This document shows, piece by piece, positions 19,333 to 29,220 of a DNA stretch of 64,000 nucleotides (the first letter of the stretch is position 1; every line of letters begins with the position of its first letter). Below the pieces are notes generated by a model. That model worked only from the letters and a program-made list of their open reading frames with translations. It was not told where the DNA came from and did no database searches. The position numbers and the translations under genes are program-made. The stretch is from Desulfobaccales bacterium (GTDB taxonomy: Bacteria; Desulfobacterota; Desulfobaccia; Desulfobaccales; 0-14-0-80-60-11). The stretch spans positions 4,618 through 68,617 of the forward strand of contig JBKQKO010000124.1 of assembly GCA_052147455.1 (NCBI GenBank), read 5' to 3'.

Positions 19333-19390
19333 GTAGTTGGTTTAGCCTTTGCCTTTAACTGAAAAACGCCCACTGCAACTGAAAACCGCC

Positions 19391-20143
19391 TCATTCGGCC
19401 AGAAGCCGCGCCGTCATTTCCGGATCCCCCAGGTAAGCCTCGATGACCTGGGGGTTGCCGGCCACCTCCTGGGGGCTGCCCGCGGCGATGAGCTGCCCAT
19501 AGTCCAGGACGATGATCTGGTCCGAAATACTCATCACCGCCTGCATGACGTGCTCGATCATCAGGATGGAGTAGCCCTGGCCCCGGATCTCCCGGATGGT
19601 CTGCATCATGTGGGCGATCTCCGAGGGGTTGAGGCCGGCCAGGACCTCGTCCAGCAGCAGCAGGTAAGGCCGGGCCGCCAGGGCCCGGGCCAGTTCCAGG
19701 CGTTTCTTTTGCGCCACGTTGAGGCCTCCCGCCAACCGTTGGGCCCGGTCCGCCAAGCCCACCTGGGCCAGAGCCTGTTCCGCCAGGGAGGCGGCCCGGC
19801 CCAGGGAGTGGCGTTCCCGGCCGAAGCAGGCCCCCACCATGACATTTTCCAGGACGGTGAGATCGTTCAGGGGGCGGACCACCTGGTGGGCCCGGGCCAG
19901 GCCCCGCCGGGCCACCTCGTAGGAGGGCAGGCCGGTAATCTTTTCCCCCCGGAAGATCACCTGGCCGCTGCTGGGGGGAAAGACCCCGTTGATCACGTTG
20001 AACAGGGTGGTCTTGCCCGCGCCGTTGGGGCCGATGAGCCCCAGGATCTGCCCCTCGGACAGCTCAAAGCTCACGTCCAGCAGGGCCTGCAGGCCGCCAA
20101 ATTTCATGGAGACTTCCTGAACCTGGAGGATCATTCCAGCCAT
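19391..20143 (-). CDS. HAAT-family ABC transporter ATP-binding protein, LivG-like
   Basis: GPNGAGKTT Walker A, LLLDE Walker B and C-terminal ...VIEAYLG. 250 aa. Confidence 0.9.
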   Translation of the reverse strand: MAGMILQVQEVSMKFGGLQALLDVSFELSEGQILGLIGPNGAGKTTLFNVINGVFPPSSGQVIFRGEKITGLPSYEVARRGLARAHQVVRPLNDLTVLENVMVGACFGRERHSLGRAASLAEQALAQVGLADRAQRLAGGLNVAQKKRLELARALAARPYLLLLDEVLAGLNPSEIAHMMQTIREIRGQGYSILMIEHVMQAVMSISDQIIVLDYGQLIAAGSPQEVAGNPQVIEAYLGDPEMTARLLAE

Positions 20144-21099
20144 CTCCGCAACTCCGGAAAGCGCTTCCTAAGCCAGCCCACCCCGCCCCCGGGGACAAAG
20201 AGGACGATGAGCAGGAGAATCAGGCCCGTGGTGGCCAGCTGCAGGTTCTTAAAGATAACGCTGGTGAGGAGGTAATCCCGCAGTTGCTCATAGGCGAAGG
20301 CCCCCAGCACCGGCCCCAGCAGTGTGCCATTGCCTCCCAGCATCACCATCACCAGGACCTCCAGGGACATTTGAAAACTGAAGGCGTCATCGGGCTGCAC
20401 ATTGCCATTCTTAAAGAAATAGAGGGTACCGATGAGGCCGGGGAAAAAGGCGGAGAGCAAAAAGGCCTTGGTCTTGTCCCGGGGAGCCTTGACTCCCATG
20501 ACCATGGCGGTGTCCTCATCTTCCCGGATGGCGATCAGGCCCAGGCCGAAGCGGGAACGTTTCACCAGGTAACTCACCACCAGCGCCGCCAGGGTGACCA
20601 GCCACAAGAGGATGAAGGTGAGCCACAGGGCTTGGGCGGCGCCACCGTAGCGGTCGTAGGCCGAGAAGTTGATGGACAGGCCGATGGAGCCGCCGAAGGG
20701 CTCAAAATTGCTGACAAAGGCCCCGGCCGCTTGATTTACCCCGATGGTGGCCAGGGCAAAGTAGGCCCCCCGCAGTCGCAGGACCGCGGCGCCGATGATG
20801 AAGGCGATGGCCATGGCCATGACCCCGCCGGCCAAGGCGGCCAGGTAAAGGGGCCACCCGAATTCGCTCAACAGATAGAAGCCGAAATAGCCGCCCATGC
20901 CGAAAAAGACGATATGGCCGAAATTGACGTAGCCGGTGTAGCCCATGATGATATTCAGGCTGGTGGCCAGGCCGATGAACATCAGGCCCGTGAAGGCCGT
21001 TTCCCGCAAGGTGTCCTGGCGCAAGGCCAGGACCGCCAGGCCGCCCAGGAATACCAGGAGGAAACTGGGCCATAACCCGGAGTGCCGGAAAGGGTTCAT
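20131..21099 (-). CDS. HAAT-family ABC transporter permease, LivM-like
   Basis: 322-aa polytopic membrane protein. GYTGYVNFGHIVFFGMGGY is typical of LivM. Confidence 0.85.
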   Translation of the reverse strand: MNPFRHSGLWPSFLLVFLGGLAVLALRQDTLRETAFTGLMFIGLATSLNIIMGYTGYVNFGHIVFFGMGGYFGFYLLSEFGWPLYLAALAGGVMAMAIAFIIGAAVLRLRGAYFALATIGVNQAAGAFVSNFEPFGGSIGLSINFSAYDRYGGAAQALWLTFILLWLVTLAALVVSYLVKRSRFGLGLIAIREDEDTAMVMGVKAPRDKTKAFLLSAFFPGLIGTLYFFKNGNVQPDDAFSFQMSLEVLVMVMLGGNGTLLGPVLGAFAYEQLRDYLLTSVIFKNLQLATTGLILLLIVLFVPGGGVGWLRKRFPELRRWLE

Positions 21100-21954
21100 T
21101 TATTTGGACCCCAGCAGCCCGGTGGGGCGGACCACCAGGACCAGGACAAACAGAACAAACTCCACCACCGTTACCCAGCTCACCGGCATAAAGATGGGGA
21201 CCACCCCTTCCAGACCTCCCAGGAACAGCCCCCCCAGTAGAGCCCCCAGGGGGTTGCCCAGCCCCCCCAGGACGCAAATGACGAAGGCCTTCAGTTGATA
21301 GCTGGCGCCGCTCAAAATGGTGAAGGGGAAGAAGGTGGAGGTAAGCCCCCCGGCCACCGCGGCCAGCATGGTGCCCAGGCCGAAGCTCAGGGCCAGGATC
21401 TGGGACGAAGGGATCCCCATCAGCTCCGCCGCCGCCTGGTTTCCGGACACGGCCCGGATGGCCTTCCCCGGCCGGGTAAAATAGAGAAACAGATAGAGGG
21501 CGCCGGTGATCACCACTGCGGCCAGGGCCGCCAGCAGCCGGGTGCCGGTAAAAATAACCCCGCCCCAGTTGAAGGAGCCCGCGGAAAAATTGATATTTCG
21601 GGGCGAGGTGGTGAAGACCGCGGTGCCCACCCCGATGATAATCATATTTACTGCGAAGGTGGATAGCAGGGTGGACAAATAACCCGCCTGGATCACCCGC
21701 TGCAGGGCCACCCCGTAGATCAAAAAGCCGAAGAGCAGGGCCAGGACCGCCACCGCCACCAGGGCCAGGTAGGGATTCATCGCCAGATCGGAGAACAACA
21801 GGTAGGTGGTGAACATCCCCAGGGCCATGGTAGCCCCGTGGCTCAGGTTGATGACCCGCATTACCCCCCAAATCAGGGTCAGGCCCATGGCAGCCACGCC
21901 GTACACGAAGCCGATGAGCAGGCCGTCGATTATCGAAGACAGAATTTGGGCCAC
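21100..21954 (-). CDS. HAAT-family ABC transporter permease, LivH-like
   Basis: GLLIGFVYGVAAMGLTLIWGVMRVINLSHG is typical of LivH. Start at GTG 21954 with GGAG upstream; the track ORF is N-extended. Confidence 0.85.
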   Translation of the reverse strand: MAQILSSIIDGLLIGFVYGVAAMGLTLIWGVMRVINLSHGATMALGMFTTYLLFSDLAMNPYLALVAVAVLALLFGFLIYGVALQRVIQAGYLSTLLSTFAVNMIIIGVGTAVFTTSPRNINFSAGSFNWGGVIFTGTRLLAALAAVVITGALYLFLYFTRPGKAIRAVSGNQAAAELMGIPSSQILALSFGLGTMLAAVAGGLTSTFFPFTILSGASYQLKAFVICVLGGLGNPLGALLGGLFLGGLEGVVPIFMPVSWVTVVEFVLFVLVLVVRPTGLLGSK

Positions 21955-22101
21955 TTTGAGGCTCCTGAAGCTACAAAATCTTAACCCCGGGAAGGGGCAG
22001 GCCGGTTCCAGGTCAGGGGCTGCTCGCCTTGGCGCCCTTCCCCAAGAGCTGGAGGACACGGCCTACCGTGCCCTCCTCTCAGCAGACCAACAAGCCCCGG
22101 C

Positions 22102-23355
22102 TTAATGCGCCGGACAGAGGATGGCTTGCCCATTGGCGGCGGCCGGCGGAGACACTGCCACTTTCTCCGGTTTGCCCTGGGCATCCTTCTGCCACTGGAT
22201 GACGATCATCTGGTGGCCGACCTGCAGGCCGTGGGCCTGGGGGGTGGTGTCAAACTTGGTGAGGCCAAAAAAGGTGTACATGTTTTCCCCATCGAGGGCC
22301 GCCTTGACTTTGTCCGTGTCTATGGAGCCGGCCTTTAATATGGCCTCTTGCAAGATCAGCCCGGCGGCGTAGCCCCCAGCGCTGTGATAGGAGGGATCTT
22401 CATGGTACTTGGCCTTATACGCCTCGATAAATTCGGGCACCGTGGGCCCGAACCACTCCACACCTTCCTTCTTAGCCGCCTCCGGGCTGTATTTGGCCAG
22501 CGGTTCCCACTGGGATGATCCCGTCACACCGATGCAGGCCTCGCCCAATTCGGCAAATTTGGGCTCCGGCGGAGCCACCAGCAGGCCGACCAACTTGGGA
22601 TTGACCTTCTTTTCATAGATCAGCTTGGCGAGGGTGGTGGTATCGGCGAAGTGGCCGCCGCCCATCACTGCGTCCGTCCCGGGCGGGATCTTGTCGATGA
22701 AGGGGGAGAAATCGGTGGTGGCGGGGTCATAGCCTTCGTCCATCACTATTTTAAAGCCTTTGCCTTCGGCGTATTTCTTCAGACCATTCACACAGGCGGT
22801 GGAAAAATTGTCCTTTGAATAAATGACGGCGATGTTCTTGGCCTGGGGGGCCAGCTTGGCCAACACGTCGACGGGGCCCGCCAGGTAGAAGCCGGCAGGG
22901 GTGTAAGCCTGGTAGACCAGGGTGTAGCCTTTGTTATGGGTGGCTTCCGCAGCCGCCCCCGCGGTGATCATGATCCGTTTATACTGTTGGGCGATGATCG
23001 CGGCGGCATCCGCCAGGGGGCTGCTGTAGGGACTGATGAGGAAGTCGACCTTATCGGTGCTGATGAGGCGGGTATAAAGCTCTTGCACCCGATCCTTTTT
23101 GCTCTCGTCGTCATAGAATTTGGCAGCCACTTTGACTGCGGTGCCGTCAGCCAGCTTGATGCCACCCGCTTTGTTCACCGTGTCGATCCAGAGGTTCAAG
23201 CCGTTGATCTGGCGGATGGCCTCCACGTTGAACGCTCCGGTCTGAGAGGCGGTGAAGCCCAAGGTTATGGTCTTTTCCGCGGCCATCCCGGGAGCGCCAA
23301 CCACTAAGAACACCACAAGCATGGCCAGACAGCTAACTAATCCAAAACGCCTCAT
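22102..23355 (-). CDS. HAAT-family ABC transporter periplasmic substrate-binding protein
   Basis: Type-1 periplasmic binding fold. Start at ATG 23355 with GAGGAGG upstream. Signal peptide MRRFGLVSCLAMLVVFLVVGAPGMAA. Confidence 0.85.
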   Translation of the reverse strand: MRRFGLVSCLAMLVVFLVVGAPGMAAEKTITLGFTASQTGAFNVEAIRQINGLNLWIDTVNKAGGIKLADGTAVKVAAKFYDDESKKDRVQELYTRLISTDKVDFLISPYSSPLADAAAIIAQQYKRIMITAGAAAEATHNKGYTLVYQAYTPAGFYLAGPVDVLAKLAPQAKNIAVIYSKDNFSTACVNGLKKYAEGKGFKIVMDEGYDPATTDFSPFIDKIPPGTDAVMGGGHFADTTTLAKLIYEKKVNPKLVGLLVAPPEPKFAELGEACIGVTGSSQWEPLAKYSPEAAKKEGVEWFGPTVPEFIEAYKAKYHEDPSYHSAGGYAAGLILQEAILKAGSIDTDKVKAALDGENMYTFFGLTKFDTTPQAHGLQVGHQMIVIQWQKDAQGKPEKVAVSPPAAANGQAILCPAH

Positions 23356-23541
23356 AGCTCCTCCTCGGTCCGGCGTTTGCCGGACCTCAACAAACAAGTT
23401 AAAGACTCCCCGAATATTGGGGCATGATTCCCACAAATTGTTTATACCGCAAGGAAAAGGGTGCTTTCAAGGGATATCTTGATCAGCCCAGGCGGAAAAT
23501 TTCCGATTCTGTTGCAGGAAATGTTCCTGCCGGCTGAAGAT

Positions 23542-24078
23542 CTAATGCAAGTAGGGCCGGAGAAATTCCATGCCTTCTTTGGGCGCCGCCTCTCCTTGGA
23601 ACCGGAAAGGTACGGGGATTATGCCTCCCATAACGGAGGCCAGGCGAAAACTGCCGGAGATTTGGTAGCGCACTTTCTGCTGTGGATTTTGCAGAAACAT
23701 GGGCAAAAAGCCCAGCAAGGCGTCTAGCTTCACCAGGATGGGGAAATGGGCCACCGTCTGCCCCCCGGCAGGGAGGTTCACTGCCTCCTGGGAAGACCCC
23801 GTGGCTACGCGGCGGCCTTCGATCCATAACTGATAATCATAGCCCAACAGGTTCAGGGGCTGGGGGTTGGGATTTTCCAGGAGCAGGTTGGCCGCCAGGG
23901 GCCAGCCGTCCGAGGTGGGTTGATAGACAGCGAGGCCCTGGAAGGAGACCTTGGGGGCCTGAATCTCTCCCCGGGCCAGTTCCCGGACGCCACAGCCGGA
24001 CGCCGCCAAGACTGCCAACCCCAGCAGCCAGATGCAGGCTCTCTCCAGGAGCGTCCATAACCGGGGTTTATCCCTCAT
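23542..24078 (-). CDS. LEA_2 (LEA14/NDR1-HIN1-like) domain lipoprotein
   Basis: Lipobox LAASGC, then a beta-rich pattern PKVSFQGLAVY...ANLLLENPNPQPLNLLGYDYQLWIEGRRVATG typical of LEA type-2 domains. Confidence 0.6.
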   Translation of the reverse strand: MRDKPRLWTLLERACIWLLGLAVLAASGCGVRELARGEIQAPKVSFQGLAVYQPTSDGWPLAANLLLENPNPQPLNLLGYDYQLWIEGRRVATGSSQEAVNLPAGGQTVAHFPILVKLDALLGFLPMFLQNPQQKVRYQISGSFRLASVMGGIIPVPFRFQGEAAPKEGMEFLRPYLH

Positions 24079-24228
24079 AAGTTGTCCACAAACTTGATAA
24101 CGGTGGAGTCTATAGTCAACCGCGCTTCTGTTAAATTGGCAGGCGCAGGGGGCCCCGGTGGTGTCGGCGGGCTCACCTCTCTGAACCGGAATCTGGGGTG
24201 GGGGGATATTCGGGATGGCGGACTGGCC

Positions 24229-25185
24229 TCAACTGTTGCCCTGCCGGAGTTGCTGCAGCTTTTCCAAGGCCCGCTGCAAGTTGGCCTTAGCTTCCTCGTA
24301 AAAAGAGGGCCGTAGCTCAATGGCCCGTTGGAAGCATTTGGCCGCTTCTTCATATTGACCGGCCACGAAATAGTGGACCCCGATGTTGTTGTAGGCCTGG
24401 GCCTCATCCCCGGCCTTCATGAAGGCATCCATGGCCTCATTATAGCGCTTATCCGCGGCCAGAGCCATCCCCATTTGATAATTGAGCTTTTCGTTTTTCG
24501 GATCCAGGGCCAGCCCTTGTTGCAGGCAGGCGATGGCCTGCCGATAATCCTTCAAATCGATGTAGGCCTGCCCCAGGGCCGGGATGCTGGAAACGTGGCG
24601 GGGGTCTATCGCCAGGACCCGCTTTAGTTGGACCACCGCCTTGCCTGGCTGACCACTCTCCAGGTAGGCCACCCCCAGGAGGTGCAGGGAATTGACCCGC
24701 TGGGGCTCCTGGCCCAGGACCGTCTGGAATTCATCGATGGCCTGGGAGTAATTCTTTTCCTGCAGGTGCACCAGCCCCATGGCTTCGTGGGCCTGGAGCA
24801 TCTCCGGCCGGTGCACCAGAACCAGGGCCAGTTCCTGCTTGGCTGCCGGCCACTGGCCATTGAGGAGGAAAAGGACCGCGACCTTGTAGTGCAGGTCATA
24901 GCGTTCGGGGTTTTTCCTGAGAATTGACAGAAAGTCGAGGAGGGAGGATTCGTAATCCCCGGTCTGTACGGCGGCGTCCCCCAAGGCCTCTATGCGGTCC
25001 TGCGGCAGGGATTGCCTATCGTGCGCCTTCATTTTATTCCAGATGGTGTCGTTGGAAGAGGTGCCCGCGACAAGGCTATCCAGAGTAGATGGACCTGTCG
25101 CCTGGTCTTGCTGGGTACAACCGGTTAGAAGCATCAGCATGGCCAGAAGCCCGGCGATGCCTGCCAGGGGCTTAATGGTCTTCAT
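24229..25185 (-). CDS. TPR-repeat lipoprotein (PilF/TadD-like)
   Basis: Lipobox MLLTGC. Multiple TPR units are visible (AxxxLGxAYxxxGxxxxAxxxxxxAL). Confidence 0.7.
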   Translation of the reverse strand: MKTIKPLAGIAGLLAMLMLLTGCTQQDQATGPSTLDSLVAGTSSNDTIWNKMKAHDRQSLPQDRIEALGDAAVQTGDYESSLLDFLSILRKNPERYDLHYKVAVLFLLNGQWPAAKQELALVLVHRPEMLQAHEAMGLVHLQEKNYSQAIDEFQTVLGQEPQRVNSLHLLGVAYLESGQPGKAVVQLKRVLAIDPRHVSSIPALGQAYIDLKDYRQAIACLQQGLALDPKNEKLNYQMGMALAADKRYNEAMDAFMKAGDEAQAYNNIGVHYFVAGQYEEAAKCFQRAIELRPSFYEEAKANLQRALEKLQQLRQGNS

Positions 25186-27349
25186 TCCCTTGCTCGATTA
25201 AGCGCGCCATGGTTTGGGGCTGGGCCAGGAGATCGCTGCCTAGCAAGACCTTAATGGCCACTCCTTTTCTGAGCCTGGGGGACTCCACCAATTGGGCCCC
25301 GGGGAAGATCTGGGATTTGAGGGCCTGGGCCACCCGCTCCGTCCCGGGGCAGAAATAGATCACCGTGGTTTCCGCCCCGAAATCGATATGGTTGCCAATC
25401 ATGCCGACATGGAACCCTTCTTGGGACAACCGGTCCCGGGTCTGGTGAGCCAGCATCTGGGCCCGGGTGCCGTTCCGGATCTCAATGACGCTGGTTATCA
25501 GCTCTGCGGCGGTCAGCGGCGCCTGGGGAACCCCGGGGTGGACCAGGGTTTTCGCCGGGGCGGGCGCCGGCCCCTGAAGGGGTGAGCGGGCAGCCCCGGA
25601 GGCGGCCGCGGCCGCCATGATCAGCGAGGTAGCCGGCCTTGGGGAAGCGGTCGGCCGGGGTTGTGGCTTCTGCGGGGAGGCGCCCGCCTCTTCCCCCCTT
25701 AAGCGGGCCATTATCCGGGGCTGCTCCAGGAGATCGCGGCCTAGCAAGATCTTGATGGCCACTCCTTTGCTGAGCTTGGGGGACTCCACCAATTGGGCCT
25801 CGGGGAAAATCTCGGAGTGGAGAACCCGGGCCACCCGCTCCGTCCCGGGGCAGTAATAGATCACCGTGGATTCCGCTCCAAAATCGATGTAGTTGCCGAT
25901 CCGGGCAACGTTGAAGGCTTCCTGGGACAGCACGCTCCGGATTAAGTGGGCCAGGTCTTGGGCGCCGTTGCCGTTCAGGATCTCAATGCCGGTATTCACT
26001 CGCTCTGCGGCGGCCAGGATCGTCCGGGGCGCGGGCGCTTTGGCAGCCTTTTCTACCTTAGCCGGCGCCGCGGCGGCCAACAGCCTGGCCGGGGCCGGCG
26101 CCGTCACCAGGGTTGTTCCCTGGGCCGCCACGGATTTGCCGGAGGAAGCTGCCACTGGCGGGGCAGGCGGGGGCGCCACTTTGGCTGCTTCCGTCAACCC
26201 TGCCGTTGGCCGGGTGGCCGCAGGCGTCGCTGGGGCGGCCGCCTCAGCAGTAATGGGCGGTTCCGCCGCCAGGGATCCGGCTTGGGCAACAACTATCACC
26301 GGAGCCGCCGGTTTCTGCGGGGCCGGAGCCTTGGCTGATTCCGCCAACCCTGCCGCGGGCGTAGCCTTGACGCTGGTCTGCCCTTCCGCCACCAATAAAG
26401 ATCCATCTTGGGAAGCAATAATGGCCGGGGCCGCCGCTTGCGGCTGCCGCGAGGCCGCAGGTGGCTGCGGCAGAGCCAGTCCTGGCTCCGTCGCTTTGGC
26501 GGCTCCGTTCACCTCAGTCTTGGGGGCCGCGGCCAAAGGCCGCGCCGCGGGCGCCGCCTCCAAGGTGGGGGGCGCTGCCGCTGCCGGTGATTTGGCTGCA
26601 GAATCAGCCAGCGGCGCGCCTGGCCCTGGCTCCGCTATCCTGGCATAATAGGCAGGGGCGCTCATTCCCAGGAAAGCCAGGGCCTGGTTCATCCGGGTTT
26701 GGGCGAGGGCGGCGCCTTCCGCTTCCTCCCAAAGCCGTTTGGCTTCCGCCAGCTTGCCCTGGCGGCACCATAACAGTCCTAAATTGTTCCGGGCGGCCAG
26801 ATTGCCGGGATCACGGGCCAGGGCCTCCTGGAGGCAGGATTCGGCCCTGCCCAAGTCTCCCTGAAGATAATAGGAGAAGCACCAATTGTTGTGCAAGGCC
26901 CGGTTGTCGCCATAGCGTTTCAGGGTCTCCTGGTACAGCTCTTGAGCCAGTGGGAATTGTCCCTGCTCCTGGTACATCTGGGCCAGGGCATCCACCACCT
27001 TGAGATTAGCGGGATCCACCTCGTGGGCCTGCTGCAATTCCTTTAAGGCGATCTCCGGCCTCCCCATTAACTGGTAATAATGGGCATTATACAACAGCCG
27101 GGCGGAGTCCATCGCGGCTGACAAGGCTACTCCCCGGGCCGTCCCATTATTGGCCAACCATGAGGCGTTGCAGCCCACCCCCAACAACGCCCCCGTCAGC
27201 GCCGCCATGGCCAGCGACCATGCCAGCCAGCGCTGCCGGCCAGAGGCGGATCCACTGGCGGCTGCCCTGAAAGGACCCTGGGGCGGCCGCGGCCGCCGCC
27301 GGGGCCCCCTGTCCCCTGGCCATAATTGGCCGAGCCCTGCTGCCCACAT
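25172..27349 (-). CDS. TPR protein with Ala/Pro-rich linker and two tandem LytR_C-type domains
   Basis: N-terminal lipobox-like LLGVGC and TPR repeats, then about 200 aa of A/P-rich low complexity. Two ~90-aa units follow (ILNGNGAQDLAHLIRSVLSQEAFNV...GVAIKILLGRDL and IRNGTRAQMLAHQTRDRLSQEGFHV...GVAIKVLLGSDL). Confidence 0.7.
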   Translation of the reverse strand: MWAAGLGQLWPGDRGPRRRPRPPQGPFRAAASGSASGRQRWLAWSLAMAALTGALLGVGCNASWLANNGTARGVALSAAMDSARLLYNAHYYQLMGRPEIALKELQQAHEVDPANLKVVDALAQMYQEQGQFPLAQELYQETLKRYGDNRALHNNWCFSYYLQGDLGRAESCLQEALARDPGNLAARNNLGLLWCRQGKLAEAKRLWEEAEGAALAQTRMNQALAFLGMSAPAYYARIAEPGPGAPLADSAAKSPAAAAPPTLEAAPAARPLAAAPKTEVNGAAKATEPGLALPQPPAASRQPQAAAPAIIASQDGSLLVAEGQTSVKATPAAGLAESAKAPAPQKPAAPVIVVAQAGSLAAEPPITAEAAAPATPAATRPTAGLTEAAKVAPPPAPPVAASSGKSVAAQGTTLVTAPAPARLLAAAAPAKVEKAAKAPAPRTILAAAERVNTGIEILNGNGAQDLAHLIRSVLSQEAFNVARIGNYIDFGAESTVIYYCPGTERVARVLHSEIFPEAQLVESPKLSKGVAIKILLGRDLLEQPRIMARLRGEEAGASPQKPQPRPTASPRPATSLIMAAAAASGAARSPLQGPAPAPAKTLVHPGVPQAPLTAAELITSVIEIRNGTRAQMLAHQTRDRLSQEGFHVGMIGNHIDFGAETTVIYFCPGTERVAQALKSQIFPGAQLVESPRLRKGVAIKVLLGSDLLAQPQTMARLIEQGNEDH

Positions 27350-27388
27350 GATGGCTATCCCCTTGTTACCGCCTGCGGCGGCGGCGCG

Positions 27389-27682
27389 CTAATAGGTAGA
27401 GACTATCCCCGGAGGTGGCGCAGCCTTCTTCTCCTCGCCCGAAAAGCTCTTGATATATTCAACCGTTTCAACAACTCCGGCCTTGGGGTATAGCCCCGTC
27501 GCCGGGGTGTCCATCAGGCCGGCCTGGGGATTGAGCACCGACTGGGCCACATTGTTTTGCACCGCATTGCCGTAATCTTTTGCGAGGAAGTCGGGGCTGG
27601 TACAACCCGCCAGCCACACCAGCGCCAGGGCCAGCCCGATGAAGGCGGTTCCGGCTTTCAATCTTCGCCTCTCGTTTTTCAT
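27389..27682 (-). CDS. small lipoprotein (unknown function)
   Basis: Start at ATG 27682: MKMKNERRRLKAGTAFIGLALALVWLAGC (lipobox). 97 aa. The track ORF is N-extended into the secretin gene. Confidence 0.55.
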   Translation of the reverse strand: MKNERRRLKAGTAFIGLALALVWLAGCTSPDFLAKDYGNAVQNNVAQSVLNPQAGLMDTPATGLYPKAGVVETVEYIKSFSGEEKKAAPPPGIVSTY

Positions 27683-27729
27683 TTTCAGCCTCTGCCTGAG
27701 ATGTGATGGGGGGAAAAGTGCTCCCGCGA

Positions 27730-29220
27730 TTACGGTTTTTGAACCCCAAAGCCCGCCGGCATCGGTGGGGCCGGCTGCTGGACCTGGACCGGCGGTGACT
27801 TCGGCTGCCCCTGAGTCCACCCCAGGAGATATTTCTCATAGTCGCTGGGGTCTATCCACTTGTCATCGGCCAGCCGGGCGGTACCCGGGGTCACGGGCTT
27901 CACCAGGTGCGGGGTCACCAGCACCACCAGTTCGGTCTCCTGCTTCTGCCAACTGCTGGAACGGAACAGGTTCCCTAAAACGGGGATGTCCCCCATATAG
28001 GGAAACTTGTTGACGATGTTACGGTCCTCATTTTTGAGCAGCCCGGCCATGGCAATGGTCTGACCGTCATAGACCTCCAGATGGGTTGACATGCGCCGCA
28101 CCAACAACCCCTCAATGGTGAAGCCGCTGATGGTCACCGTCGTGCTGGGATCCAGCTCCGAAACCTCAGGTTCCAATCTCATGGCGATTTTGTCGCCGTC
28201 CAGCACCGTGGGAGTGAAGTTCAAGCCCACCCCGTACTTCTTGTAATCAATGGTGATGGTGGTGCCGCCCACCCCGCTCTGGGGCACCGGCACGGGATAC
28301 TCGCCGCCGGCCAGGAAGGAGGCCTGCTGGCCGCTGGTGGTCACCAGGTTGGGCTCCGCCAGCACCCGCCCCAGGTTATTCTGCTTGAGAATGTCAAAAA
28401 ACATGGTCCAAATGAGCCCGCCGGCCTTAAAACCCGCAATGCCTTCGATATTGGTACTGAGGGCTTGTGTAAAGCTAGTGTTCACACCGCCGGTTTTTGG
28501 CACTCCAGTGCCATTGAGGAAAACCCGGGTCAAAGACTGGAGGGCCGCCAGGGCGTTAACCTGTTGCGCATAAATATTGCCCTGGGGAGCGAGGGCGGTC
28601 CAGTTGATCCCCATGCGATCCAGAACGGTCCGATCGATCTCCGCCAGGCGCACCTCCACCATCACCTGCTGCACCCCCCCGACGTGGAGCAGGTTCACCA
28701 CATTCTCCCTTCTGGGGCCCCCGCTGGTGCCCCCGCCCCCGCTATAGGCGCCCGCCAGAGCGAGAGCGGTGTCCTGGACCAGCGGCCCGCTCACCTCCCC
28801 GGAGAGCACCACGTTGGCACCCGCGGCCTGCACCGAGATTTTCTGGCCGGGCAGAATCTGGTGCAGCTTCTCTTTTAAGAGGGTGAGGTCCGCCTCCACC
28901 GTCACGGTGGCCGAAGTGAAACGGTTTTTGCCCCAGATGCTCAGATTGGTGACCCCCGGGGCCAGGCCGTTGACGTAAACTTCCTTCTCGGAGATCAGGA
29001 TGATGTCGGCGATCTCCGGGTCGGCCACGGAGATGCGGGTAATGGGGTAGGCAGAACGCAGCACCTTGGATTGCCCCACCTGCAGGTGCAACACCTGGGT
29101 GATCTCCTGATTCTTCATCCTTTCGGTTAGGTCCGCCCCGGCGGCGCTGCTCACCCCTAATCCCCACAGCAGCACCCACAAGGACAGCAACCACCCCCAC
29201 CTGGCTGCCATTTTCTTCAC
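27730..29220 (-). CDS. secretin, CpaC/RcpA-like (type II/III secretion system family)
   Basis: GTG start with AAGGAGGGGGG upstream. Signal peptide present. N-terminal ITRISVADPEIADIILISEKEVYVNGLAPGVTNLSIWG (pilus-formation N-domain type). C-terminal secretin core ...IPVLGNLFRSSSWQKQETELVVLVTPHLV. Confidence 0.8.
   Translation of the reverse strand: MKKMAARWGWLLSLWVLLWGLGVSSAAGADLTERMKNQEITQVLHLQVGQSKVLRSAYPITRISVADPEIADIILISEKEVYVNGLAPGVTNLSIWGKNRFTSATVTVEADLTLLKEKLHQILPGQKISVQAAGANVVLSGEVSGPLVQDTALALAGAYSGGGGTSGGPRRENVVNLLHVGGVQQVMVEVRLAEIDRTVLDRMGINWTALAPQGNIYAQQVNALAALQSLTRVFLNGTGVPKTGGVNTSFTQALSTNIEGIAGFKAGGLIWTMFFDILKQNNLGRVLAEPNLVTTSGQQASFLAGGEYPVPVPQSGVGGTTITIDYKKYGVGLNFTPTVLDGDKIAMRLEPEVSELDPSTTVTISGFTIEGLLVRRMSTHLEVYDGQTIAMAGLLKNEDRNIVNKFPYMGDIPVLGNLFRSSSWQKQETELVVLVTPHLVKPVTPGTARLADDKWIDPSDYEKYLLGWTQGQPKSPPVQVQQPAPPMPAGFGVQKP

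Noticed and set aside
26000-26650. Repetitive GC-rich tract that could be a tandem-repeat or CRISPR-like array.
   Set aside because: It lies inside a continuous reading frame and encodes an Ala/Pro-rich low-complexity linker. There is no repeat-spacer periodicity, and no CRISPR array is visible anywhere in the window.
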